Source of the DNA: Patescibacteria group bacterium
GTDB lineage: Bacteria; Patescibacteriota; Patescibacteriia; UBA2591; UBA6264
Assembly: GCA_028713575.1 (NCBI GenBank)
Contig: JAQTOB010000003.1
Span: forward strand, 1,951-65,950
Length of the DNA stretch: 64,000 nucleotides
Reading direction: 5' to 3'
Below are positions 38,412-46,711 of the stretch, one piece after another (position 1 is the first letter of the stretch; the number at the start of each line of letters is the position of its first letter). Position numbers and translations under genes: made by a program. A model generated the notes under the pieces. That model was not told the origin of the DNA, did not search any database, and worked only from the letters and a program-made list of their open reading frames with translations.

Positions 38412-38441
38412 AAATGACTTTAGTTTCAAGTATTTTAATAA

Positions 38442-38513
38442 TGCCTCTGAAGGGAATCGAACCCCTATTTACAGTTCCGAAGACTGTCGTGTTGTCCATT
38501 ACACCACAGAGGC
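38442..38513 (-). tRNA. tRNA-Arg (anticodon UCG)
   Basis: Manual fold: acceptor GCCTCTG/CAGAGGC, anticodon stem ACAGT/ACTGT with loop CUUCGGA, T loop TTCGATT. Confidence 0.8.
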
Positions 38514-38519
38514 CCGACA

Positions 38520-39566
38520 TTATTCTTTTATTATTTCATCTGGGTAATTAGCGTAATTTAAAGCTGTTTTTAAGTCAATTTCGCCGAGATGATAGAGTTT
38601 TTTAAGGTCTTGTTCTAATGTGGACATTCCATCCTGGCTACTAGTTTGTAAAACCGACCTAATTTGGGAGATTTTATTTTCTCTAATCAAATTAGCAATC
38701 GCTGGCGTATTAAAAAGAACTTCTCTGGCCGCCACCCTTCCGCTATTAATTTTAGGGAGTAAGTGTTGGGAAATAATACACTTAAGCGCCATAGATATTT
38801 GTAATCTTATTTGTTTTTGTTGGTCAGTAGGAAAAATGTCAATAATTCGGTCAATGGTTTGCGGGGCATTTGGAGTATGAAGGGTGGCAAAAATTAGATG
38901 TCCGGTTTCAGCCAGAGTGACGGCCAAAGAAATGGTTTCTAAGTCCCTCATTTCACTAACCAAAATAATATCAGGGTCTTGGCGAACAATATGTTTAAGG
39001 GCCGATTGGAAAGAATTCATATCTTTTCCTAATTCTCTTTGGGCGATAATGCTTTTTTGAGAAGAAAAAACATATTCAATAGGGTCTTCTAAGGTAATAA
39101 TATGGCAAGACCTTTTTGTGTTAATATAATTAATTAAGGCTGCAAGGGTGGTTGATTTTCCACATCCAGTTGGTCCAGTAACTAGAACAAGCCCGTCTTT
39201 AAGGTTAATTAATTTATAAATTGATTCAGGCATTTTGATTTCTTCCATAGAAGGAATGAGCGACGAGATTAAGCGGGCCGATAGGGCTATCTTACCTTTT
39301 TCCCAAAAAACGCTTATTCTAAAACGAATACCGCTTTTAATTTGATAAGAAAATTCTAAAGTTTTTTCTTTAAAAAGAATTTCTTTTTGATTTTCATTAA
39401 TAATCGGTTCAATTAATTTTAGGATGTCCTCATGCTTTAAAACAGGCCAATTTTTAATTGGCTGAAGCAGTCCGTTGATTCTAAAGAAAACAGACAAATC
39501 AGAGCTTAAATGGACATCAGAAGCATTTAAAGAAGTTGCGTTGCTAAATATTTCTTCAAGGCCCAT
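38520..39566 (-). CDS. pilT: type IV pilus retraction ATPase PilT
   Basis: Walker A LVTGPTGCGKSTT. 348 aa, the typical PilT length. Confidence 0.8.
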   Translation of the reverse strand: MGLEEIFSNATSLNASDVHLSSDLSVFFRINGLLQPIKNWPVLKHEDILKLIEPIINENQKEILFKEKTLEFSYQIKSGIRFRISVFWEKGKIALSARLISSLIPSMEEIKMPESIYKLINLKDGLVLVTGPTGCGKSTTLAALINYINTKRSCHIITLEDPIEYVFSSQKSIIAQRELGKDMNSFQSALKHIVRQDPDIILVSEMRDLETISLAVTLAETGHLIFATLHTPNAPQTIDRIIDIFPTDQQKQIRLQISMALKCIISQHLLPKINSGRVAAREVLFNTPAIANLIRENKISQIRSVLQTSSQDGMSTLEQDLKKLYHLGEIDLKTALNYANYPDEIIKE

Positions 39567-39600
39567 ATTTTAAATATTAAATAAAATTTAACGCTTTTTG

Positions 39601-40158
39601 TTAAATTCTTTCAACATATCCTCCGGTTTCAGTGTTAATTTTTATTACATCTCCATTTTTTATAAAGATAGGAACATTGATTTTAGCGCCAGTTTCCAAG
39701 GTAACAATTTTGGTTGGCGAGGTGGCAGAGTCGCCTTTAATTCCAGGAGGGGCTTCAATCACTTTCAAGTCAATTTTTTTAGGCAAGTCAATATTAATTG
39801 GCTTCTTATTAAAAATAAGAACTTCAACAACCAGTCCTTCTTTTAAAAATTTTTCTTTTTCTTCCAAAAATGATTTTTTAAAAGAAAATTGTTCGTAAGT
39901 TTGGGTATCCATAAAAAATATTTCGTCTTTTTCTGCATATAAAAAACTGGCCTTTGATTTTTCAACGTCGGCCCCTTCTATTTTATCAGAAGCATTAAAT
40001 GTTTTTTCTAAAATTTGTCCATTGCTTAAATTTCTAAGTTTTGTTCTAACAAAAGCCCGCCTTTGGGCGGTCCGGGCATGTTGGGAAAAAATTACTTGAT
40101 AAGGCTCGTTATTAATAACAATAACCGAACCGATTTTTTTAAGGTCATTAACTTCCAT
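39601..40158 (-). CDS. efp: elongation factor P
   Basis: 185 aa with the typical EF-P N-terminus. Confidence 0.85.
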   Translation of the reverse strand: MEVNDLKKIGSVIVINNEPYQVIFSQHARTAQRRAFVRTKLRNLSNGQILEKTFNASDKIEGADVEKSKASFLYAEKDEIFFMDTQTYEQFSFKKSFLEEKEKFLKEGLVVEVLIFNKKPINIDLPKKIDLKVIEAPPGIKGDSATSPTKIVTLETGAKINVPIFIKNGDVIKINTETGGYVERI

Positions 40159-40160
40159 GT

Positions 40161-40370
40161 TTATTTTTTAACAAAAGAAATCAAAGACATAAAACGAGCT
40201 CTTTTAACGGCCGTTGCCAGCTTTCTCTGGTGTAAGGAGCAGGTCCCTCTTTTTCGACGGGGGAGTATCTTTTCATAACCAGAAGTAAATCGACGCAAAA
40301 GGTCGGCGTTTTTGTAATCAATTTCTTTAATGTTATTAACACAAAAATAACAGTGTTTTTGATTGTTCAT
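40161..40370 (-). CDS. rpsR: 30S ribosomal protein S18
   Basis: CYFC...ILPRRKRGTC...RKLATAVKRAR. Confidence 0.8.
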   Translation of the reverse strand: MNNQKHCYFCVNNIKEIDYKNADLLRRFTSGYEKILPRRKRGTCSLHQRKLATAVKRARFMSLISFVKK

Positions 40371-40416
40371 AATCAGATGTTTAATTTAAATTATTTACAA
40401 TTAGCGGGATTATTTT

Positions 40417-40839
40417 TTAAAACGGAATTTCTTCAACATTAATTTCGTCTGTTGTAACATCTTCTTCTGATGAGCTTTCTCCAAAAGAAGAAACGTTTTC
40501 TTTAGCTTCCGGTCGAGGCCCTAATTGTAATTTTTCCGCAATAATTTCCGTTCGCGATCGTTTAGCTCCCTGTTGGTCTTGCCAGTTCCTTGTTTGAAGC
40601 CTTCCTTCAACATAAATAAGACCGCCCTTTTTCATAAAATTTTGGACGATTTCTCCTAATCGTCCCCAGGCGATTATATTATGATATTCGGCTTGTTTCT
40701 TTTTTTCGCCAGTTTCTTTGTCTGTCCAAAAACGATTAGTGGCGACACTAAAAGAGGTTACGTTTTGTCCAGAGGGAATGGTTCTCGTCTCCGGGTCCCG
40801 GGTTAAATTCCCCACGACAATTGCTTTATTTACATTCAT
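40417..40839 (-). CDS. ssb: single-stranded DNA-binding protein
   Basis: OB-fold N-terminus MNVNKAIVVGNLTRDPE. Acidic C-terminal tail ending EEIPF. Confidence 0.8.
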   Translation of the reverse strand: MNVNKAIVVGNLTRDPETRTIPSGQNVTSFSVATNRFWTDKETGEKKKQAEYHNIIAWGRLGEIVQNFMKKGGLIYVEGRLQTRNWQDQQGAKRSRTEIIAEKLQLGPRPEAKENVSSFGESSSEEDVTTDEINVEEIPF

Positions 40840-40964
40840 AGGTTTATTTTTATAATTATAATAATTTTAGAATCAGGCCAACCCACAAGGAAGGCCTTTT
40901 GGCGGGCCGCTACTCGCCCAAACCTTAGACGGGTTTGTAAAATTAATGATTTATATATTAAGAC

Positions 40965-41393
40965 TTATATCTTAAACAAGTCATCAATTTTTTCTCCCAG
41001 TTTTTCTAGGTCAATTTTTTCTTCCTTATTGGGGACTTCCTTTTTTGACTCATTGGGACTTTCTTCAATTTTATTCTTTATTTTTTTTGGTTCTTCTTTT
41101 CTTTCAATAATTTTAACAATCAGATGTCGCAAAATTTCGGACAACAATTTAAGTTCCTTGTTTAAGTTTTTTAGAAATTCGGTTTTTAAGTTAAAATTAA
41201 CCAAAAGATAAAAACCGCGATAAATTCCTTTTATTGGATACGCTAATTTTTTGTTTCCCAAATTATCTTCTTTAACAACATTTCCCCCAAATTTTTCAAT
41301 AAGATTTTTTACTTTTTTTGAAATTTCGGGCAAATCTTTTTCAGTTAAAGGACCGGGAACGATATACAATAATTCATACATAGACATTGACAA
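40965..41393 (-). CDS. rpsF: 30S ribosomal protein S6
   Basis: MYELLYIV..P block. The rpsF-ssb-rpsR gene order is conserved. Confidence 0.75.
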   Translation of the reverse strand: MSMSMYELLYIVPGPLTEKDLPEISKKVKNLIEKFGGNVVKEDNLGNKKLAYPIKGIYRGFYLLVNFNLKTEFLKNLNKELKLLSEILRHLIVKIIERKEEPKKIKNKIEESPNESKKEVPNKEEKIDLEKLGEKIDDLFKI

Positions 41394-41397
41394 TTAG

Positions 41398-42657
41398 TTG
41401 GTTTTTAAAGACAATTATATTATGACTTATTTTTTCATATTAGGCAATAATCCAACTTTGTCAATAGCGGAAATAATAAAAATAATAAAACCGAAAGAAA
41501 AAGACATTAAGGAGATAACGTCGGAGTTTTTAATATTGGAAGATGAAAAAATGGCCAAAGAGGGAGAATGGCAATCAAAATTAGGAGGGGCCGTAAAGAT
41601 TGGAAAAATAATAGAAAAAATAAAATTAGATGATTTTAAAAAAGGAATTTTAATAAATAAGATTATTGATGTTTTGATGTCTAAAAATCAAAAAAAAATT
41701 AATTTTGGCTTTAGTTTTTATAATCAGGACACAAAAAACGAAACAATAAATAAAGAAAGAATGGCGTTGAGCATCAAAAGGGAGCTTAAGGGAAAAAATA
41801 TTTTTTCGCGGTGGGTGGAATCTTCTGAGAAGACATTATCTTCAGTGGTTGTTGAAAAAAATATTTTAAATCAAGGACTTGAAATAGTTTTTTTGTTTAC
41901 TCAAAACGGCGTTTTTTTAGGACAAACATCAAGTTGCCAATTATTTAAAGAATACGGCGATCGCGATTTTAATAGACCAGTCAGGGTGATAAAGAAAGGA
42001 ATGATTCCTCCGAAGTTAGCCAGAATTATGATTAATTTGGGGGGTAAAGACGAATTTTCAATAAGAAGAACATGTTTTTTAGATCCATTTTGCGGAACAG
42101 GAACAATTTTACAAGAAGCATTTTTAATGAATTTTGGTCAAATTATAGGAACGGATAAAAACAAAAGAATCATAATTGATGCTCAAAACAATTTGAAATG
42201 GTTGATACAAAGGACCAAAAGGGAGTCAGGGGCAAAAAAGGTAAAAATTTTTTACAGCGATTCTAGAAAATTGGCGAATAAAATAAAACAAAAATCAGTC
42301 GGTTTAGTCGTAACAGAACCTTATTTGGGGCCAATGAAATTTAATTTGTCAGATAATCAATTTATTGTTAAAGAATTAGCCCGACTGTATTTTTTAACAT
42401 TTAGAGAGTTAAAAACGATTATAAAAGATGACGGTCGAGTAGTAATAGTTTTTCCTGTTTTTAAAATAAAAGGAAGAGAATATTATATTCAGATATTAGA
42501 ACAACTAAAAAAAATTGGTTGGCAGACGGAATCCTCTTTGCCGAATTTTTTGTTAAAAAATAAAACAGTAAACATTACTAAGAGAAATTCAATAATATAC
42601 TCTCGGCCGGGTCAGACAATAATGAGGGAAATTTTAGTTTTTAAATTAAACCGCTGA
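41398..42657 (+). CDS. class I SAM-dependent methyltransferase, Trm11/RlmL-like (putative RNA guanine-N2 methyltransferase)
   Basis: Motif I DPFCGTGT. Motif IV-like VVTEPY about 75 aa downstream. Confidence 0.45.
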   Translation: MVFKDNYIMTYFFILGNNPTLSIAEIIKIIKPKEKDIKEITSEFLILEDEKMAKEGEWQSKLGGAVKIGKIIEKIKLDDFKKGILINKIIDVLMSKNQKKINFGFSFYNQDTKNETINKERMALSIKRELKGKNIFSRWVESSEKTLSSVVVEKNILNQGLEIVFLFTQNGVFLGQTSSCQLFKEYGDRDFNRPVRVIKKGMIPPKLARIMINLGGKDEFSIRRTCFLDPFCGTGTILQEAFLMNFGQIIGTDKNKRIIIDAQNNLKWLIQRTKRESGAKKVKIFYSDSRKLANKIKQKSVGLVVTEPYLGPMKFNLSDNQFIVKELARLYFLTFRELKTIIKDDGRVVIVFPVFKIKGREYYIQILEQLKKIGWQTESSLPNFLLKNKTVNITKRNSIIYSRPGQTIMREILVFKLNR

Positions 42658-42785
42658 TTTTTTAAAAGAAAATAAATCAATTAAACGTGGACAAATAATT
42701 TGATATTATTTATAATAAAAAAATAGTGATAAATGTTTTATATCTCTATTTTTTAAAATTTAAAATTTAAACATGCGGATAAGCA

Positions 42786-43409
42786 TTGACGCTTGTCCCG
42801 ACACTAAATCTACGGATTAGTGTGGAACTTCGCTGTTTTGGAAAGAACAAGGCCTTATGGCATAAATTTTTAATCTTAACAAATATGCGGATAGGTATTG
42901 ACGCTCGCTTCTTAGGACTTAAGGTTGGAATTGGGCGTTACACGGAAAAATTAATAGAACACTTAGAAAAGAATGATAATCAGAATGATTATTTTATTTT
43001 TGTTAAAAAACAGAATTTCAACCTCTATTGTCCAACCAATAAGAGATTTCATAGAGTTTTGGCTGACGACCAATGGTATTCGTTCAGGGAACAAATATTT
43101 TTTCCCCACCGGCTTTATAAACAAAGACTGGACTTAGTGCATTTTCTTCATTTTAATGTTCCTTTACTGTATTTTGGAAAATTTATTATAACTATTCACG
43201 ATTTAACACAAAGAAATCTAACCAAAGAAGCAAGCAAACGGCCTTGGCTATTTTTTCTATTTAAAAAGGCGGCCTATCGGCTGATCATATGGAGCGCTTT
43301 AAGGAGGGCCGAAAAGATTATCACAGTATCCAATTTTACTAAACAACAAATAATTAAATATTATAACGTGAATCCCGAAAAAATATCAGTTGTTTATGAG
43401 TCCTGTTAA
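42786..43409 (+). CDS. GT4 glycosyltransferase, N-terminal domain only (split/frameshifted gene; likely start at Met 42885)
   Basis: MRIGIDARFL is the typical GT4 N-terminus. Ends VYESC* and lacks a C-terminal domain. Confidence 0.55.
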   Translation: MTLVPTLNLRISVELRCFGKNKALWHKFLILTNMRIGIDARFLGLKVGIGRYTEKLIEHLEKNDNQNDYFIFVKKQNFNLYCPTNKRFHRVLADDQWYSFREQIFFPHRLYKQRLDLVHFLHFNVPLLYFGKFIITIHDLTQRNLTKEASKRPWLFFLFKKAAYRLIIWSALRRAEKIITVSNFTKQQIIKYYNVNPEKISVVYESC

Positions 43410-43476
43410 AAATTCCCTTTTAAGAGGTTTTTTATTAGGATTTAAAGAAAGATAATTTATTATAATTTCTAATAGG

Positions 43477-44031
43477 ATGAATCAGCATAAAAAAAACAAC
43501 CCTTACTTACTTTACGTGGGCAACTCCTGTCCCCATAAAAATCTTGAACGTTTACTTAGGGCTTTTAATGTTGTTTCAAAAGAAATTTCCGATTTGAATT
43601 TGATTTTAGTGGGCAAAATAGATTATTTTTATAAAAGAACACAGAAACAGGCGGAAAAATTAAAATTAAGTAACAAGGTGATATTCGTCGGCGAATTGTC
43701 AGACGAAGAATTAAACAAGGCCTATCAGGACGGTTTGGCCTATGTTTTTCCTTCTTTGTCCGAGGGGTTTGGCCTACCTGGCTTGGAAGCAATGAAACAA
43801 GATTTACCAGTAATCAGTTCAAATAAAGAGCCTTTGCCTGAAATTTACGGTCAGGCGGCGATTTATTTTAATCCTGAAGATATCCAGGACATGGCTAAAA
43901 AAATTTTAGAAGTTGTTACCAATGGCCCTTTAAGAGAGAGGTTGAAGATTTTAGGAAAAAATCAGGTAAAAAAATATTCTTGGAACAAGTGCTCTAAGCA
44001 AATATTAGAAATTTACAAGCAGATTTTATAA
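43477..44031 (+). CDS. GT4 glycosyltransferase, C-terminal domain only (different frame from the N-terminal half; possible pseudogene)
   Basis: PYLLYVG...KN...EGFGLPGLEAM (Glycos_transf_1 E-x7-E region). Frame +1 relative to the upstream half. Confidence 0.55.
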   Translation: MNQHKKNNPYLLYVGNSCPHKNLERLLRAFNVVSKEISDLNLILVGKIDYFYKRTQKQAEKLKLSNKVIFVGELSDEELNKAYQDGLAYVFPSLSEGFGLPGLEAMKQDLPVISSNKEPLPEIYGQAAIYFNPEDIQDMAKKILEVVTNGPLRERLKILGKNQVKKYSWNKCSKQILEIYKQIL

Positions 44032-44177
44032 TAATCTATTTTACGACACAATAATCCTTTTTAAAGTGTGGATTATTTATTTTTTTAAAAAATAAGAAAT
44101 ATATTAAACAAAAATGATTCTTATCTAATATATCTAAGCATCCAAATGCCTTAATGATTAATGATTAATAAGTTCGG

Positions 44178-44666
44178 TTATAATTTTTCAGTCCCGATCA
44201 TTTTTGGCTCAAAATTTTCATGCGTTAATTTTGAAACGGGTTGGATTGATTTAGACAATTTTTCCACATAATGGTATTGCCATTTTTTTTCTTGTTTAAA
44301 AAATTCTTTTTTCCATTTATTAAACTGTTTCTCTTTTAACCCATATAAGCGACCATCAAGGGCCGGAATAATAATTTTTTTGATTACTTCTCTTTTTCGG
44401 ACCAATAAAACAATTTGATGTCGTCGGATAGAAGTTTTTGTTTTATCTTGATATTCATATTCATAAATAGATTCTTTTAGGCCTAGACTATTTTTAAGGG
44501 CAAAAAGAAGCTTTTTATCATTATGGCGCATTCTAATTTGGAAAACGGCATTTTTTGAATTTTTATTACCATAAGTCCAGCTAAAATATCCATTTTCACA
44601 AATTAGGCCGGCAATAAAATCAAAAGAAAGGTTTTTAACATTTGTAATATTGGGAATCTTTGACAT
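44178..44666 (-). CDS. free-standing single-motif LAGLIDADG homing endonuclease
   Basis: DFIAGLICENGYF is close to the LAGLIDADG motif (IAGLIcEnG). About 160 aa as for homodimeric I-CreI-type enzymes. Basic C-terminus. Confidence 0.65.
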   Translation of the reverse strand: MSKIPNITNVKNLSFDFIAGLICENGYFSWTYGNKNSKNAVFQIRMRHNDKKLLFALKNSLGLKESIYEYEYQDKTKTSIRRHQIVLLVRKREVIKKIIIPALDGRLYGLKEKQFNKWKKEFFKQEKKWQYHYVEKLSKSIQPVSKLTHENFEPKMIGTEKL

Positions 44667-44805
44667 AAGATATGTTTATTTAGGAATGTTCCTCGCGGAA
44701 CATTTCGTTATACAGTATAACAAAATTAAGAAATAAAGTAAATAGATAAATCAATAATATCCCTTTTTAATAATATATTATTAGCGTCGTAAATTATAAA
44801 TAATT

Positions 44806-45299
44806 AATGCGAATTATCTTTAAAAACCAATTTTACGAATGGTTTTTACATTATATAGGGGCACGAGTTTAATATAATGGTTATAATGTGAGCCTTTAAT
44901 TAAACCTATATTATATAAGCAGGCCAAAGCTCTCATGGGGCCAGTTCCCTAAAAGTAGTCAAAATAGTTCTAAATTTAAAAAATCCTTCTAAAACGCTTT
45001 ACTGATAAGACTTTTAGAAGGGTATTTTGGGGGGACAGTCCCCTTTTTGAATAAATGCGAATTATCTTTAAAAACCAATTTTACGAATGGTTTTTACATT
45101 ATATAGGGGCACGAGTTTAATATAATGGTTATAATGTGAGCCTTTAATTAAACCTATATTATATAAGCAGGCCAAAGCTCTCATGGGGCCAGTTCCCTAA
45201 AAGTAGTCAAAATAGTTCTAAATTTAAAAAATCCTTCTAAAACGCTTTACTGATAAGACTTTTAGAAGGGTATTTTGGGGGGACAGTCCCCTTTTTGAA
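44806..45299. repeat. perfect tandem direct repeat, 2 x 248 bp
   Basis: 44806-45053 is identical to 45054-45299 on direct reading. Each unit contains the hairpin TTCTAAAA-N17-TTTTAGAA and the palindrome GGGGACAGTCCCC. Confidence 0.9.
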
Positions 45300-45499
45300 G
45301 AAAGTCTCTTTTTTAAAGAAGCCCCGAGCGAGGCGGCTGATTTAATATGGTGGACTTAGGCAGAATTGAGCTGCCGTCTCCGCAACTCGCTCCGTTAGAA
45401 ATTTAGTATGTGAATCACCGCGCCAAATTCTTAAATAGATAATTCCATTTTATTTTGAAAGCACTTACAATAATTAGAAGTATAGATTTAGTGTAGGAG

Positions 45500-45570
45500 T
45501 GGACTCGACGAGAATCGAACTCGTATTTCCGCAATGCGAATGCGGTGTACTGCCGTTGTACTACGAGCCC
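45500..45570 (-). tRNA. tRNA-Ala (anticodon CGC)
   Basis: Manual fold: acceptor GGGCTCG/CGAGTCC (G3-U70 present). D arm GTAC/GTAC. Anticodon loop UUCGCAU. T arm ACGAG-TTCGATT-CTCGT. Confidence 0.8.
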
Positions 45571-45582
45571 TAATTTTCTAAC

Positions 45583-45622
45583 GGGGTGAAAATGCGGCGC
45601 ACCACTGCTGTACTATAAGCCC
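45583..45622 (-). pseudogene. tRNA-like 5' fragment (resembles first ~40 nt of a tRNA-Ala)
   Basis: Minus-sense GGGCTTATAGTACAGCAGTGGTGCGCCGCATTTTCACCCC. This aligns with tRNA-Ala acceptor, D and anticodon regions but cannot form a complete cloverleaf. No 3' half present. Confidence 0.35.
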
Positions 45623-45652
45623 ATTTGTCAAAATAAAATAAATTTTTATCAA

Positions 45653-45726
45653 TGCCCCCGGAAGGACTCGAACCCTCAGTCTTTCCCTTAGGACGGGACC
45701 GCTCTAATCCATTGAGCTACGGGGGC
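45653..45726 (-). tRNA. tRNA-Arg (anticodon CCU)
   Basis: Manual fold: acceptor GCCCCCG/CGGGGGC. D arm GCTC/GAGC. Anticodon loop with U-CCU-AA. T arm GAGGG-TTCGAGT-CCTTC. Confidence 0.8.
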
Positions 45727-46241
45727 TTAGTTCTTTTTCGTTTTGCATTGGAGCCCTGAGGGGACAAATAGCCAGCCCGGAATAATCAATTTATTATTTT
45801 ATAAACAACTCAGCTAAATTTAAAAGGAAGTCGGTTTGAGAATCAAATATAAACAAAACAATCAAGATAGTGAGCATAAGGGCCACAACAAAGAGAATTT
45901 TTTTAAATTCTTTTTTTACATTTTTTTGTTCATTTTCCATAGTGTTAATATTTTAATCTTTAAAACCCTTTTGTCAACCCTGTTAAAATCTTCCAAATAA
46001 TATTTTTAAACAAAAGACGAAAGTCGTTAGACAAAATCGCTTATCAAAAATATTTTTATAAAAAATCCGGCTGAATTTTCAGCGGGATTAATTCAATTTT
46101 AATTTTAATTATTTTTTAATATGTTTTTTTAAAATAAAATTAGTTATTGGCCAATTAAATAATCTAGGATTAAGGGGCGAATTGACCAAGTTTAGGTAAT
46201 TTGTTATAATATTAATATAATTTATTAATAAAATTAATTAT

Positions 46242-46655
46242 TTGTTTATGCTTGGTAAAGATTCAAAAATAAAATCCGAAGACGCGGAAACAATTATTGG
46301 TTCGGGCGTAAAAGTAGAAGGTTCTTTCAACGCTTTTGGAAACGTAATAGTAAAAGGACAATTAATCGGTTCCTTGGAGACCCAGAGTGACCTCTCTTTG
46401 AGAGATACGGGGGTAATTGAGGCCGACATTAAGGCCAAAAACGCCTTCATTGCGGGCGAAATTAAAGGAAACCTGGGAATAGAAGAAAAAATAGAATTGG
46501 CTTCAACGGCAAAGGTTTTTGGAGATATAAATTGTCGCGTCTTAACAATTGAAGAGGGGGCAATTCTTAATGGACGGTGTAAGGTGGGTGGCGAATTTTC
46601 AAATAATTCTCGGGAAAAGAAAAAATTAAAAGAAGAGCCGGCTGACCTGGATTAA
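46242..46655 (+). CDS. bactofilin-family cytoskeletal protein
   Basis: Repetitive beta-helical DUF583 pattern (VKVEGSFNAFGNVIVKGQLIGSLE...). Confidence 0.65.
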   Translation: MFMLGKDSKIKSEDAETIIGSGVKVEGSFNAFGNVIVKGQLIGSLETQSDLSLRDTGVIEADIKAKNAFIAGEIKGNLGIEEKIELASTAKVFGDINCRVLTIEEGAILNGRCKVGGEFSNNSREKKKLKEEPADLD

Positions 46656-46711
46656 AATTATTATAGGCTTTATTTTTGTAAGCGGATTATAAAAATATAA
46701 TCCATAAATAT

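Noticed and set aside
44985-45043. Loop inversion between the two hairpin-module copies as evidence of an invertible DNA switch
   Set aside because: Only ~9 nt involved and no flanking inverted repeats or recombinase gene. Mentioned in a finding but not called as an invertible element.
44806-45299. Tandem repeat considered as a CRISPR array
   Set aside because: Only two copies, 248 bp units with no spacers, no cas genes. Not CRISPR.
45795-45939. Possible 48-aa single-TM ORF on the minus strand (MENEQKNVKKEFKKILFVVALMLTILIVLF...)
   Set aside because: No recognisable RBS and AT-rich context makes chance ORFs likely. Not reported as a feature.
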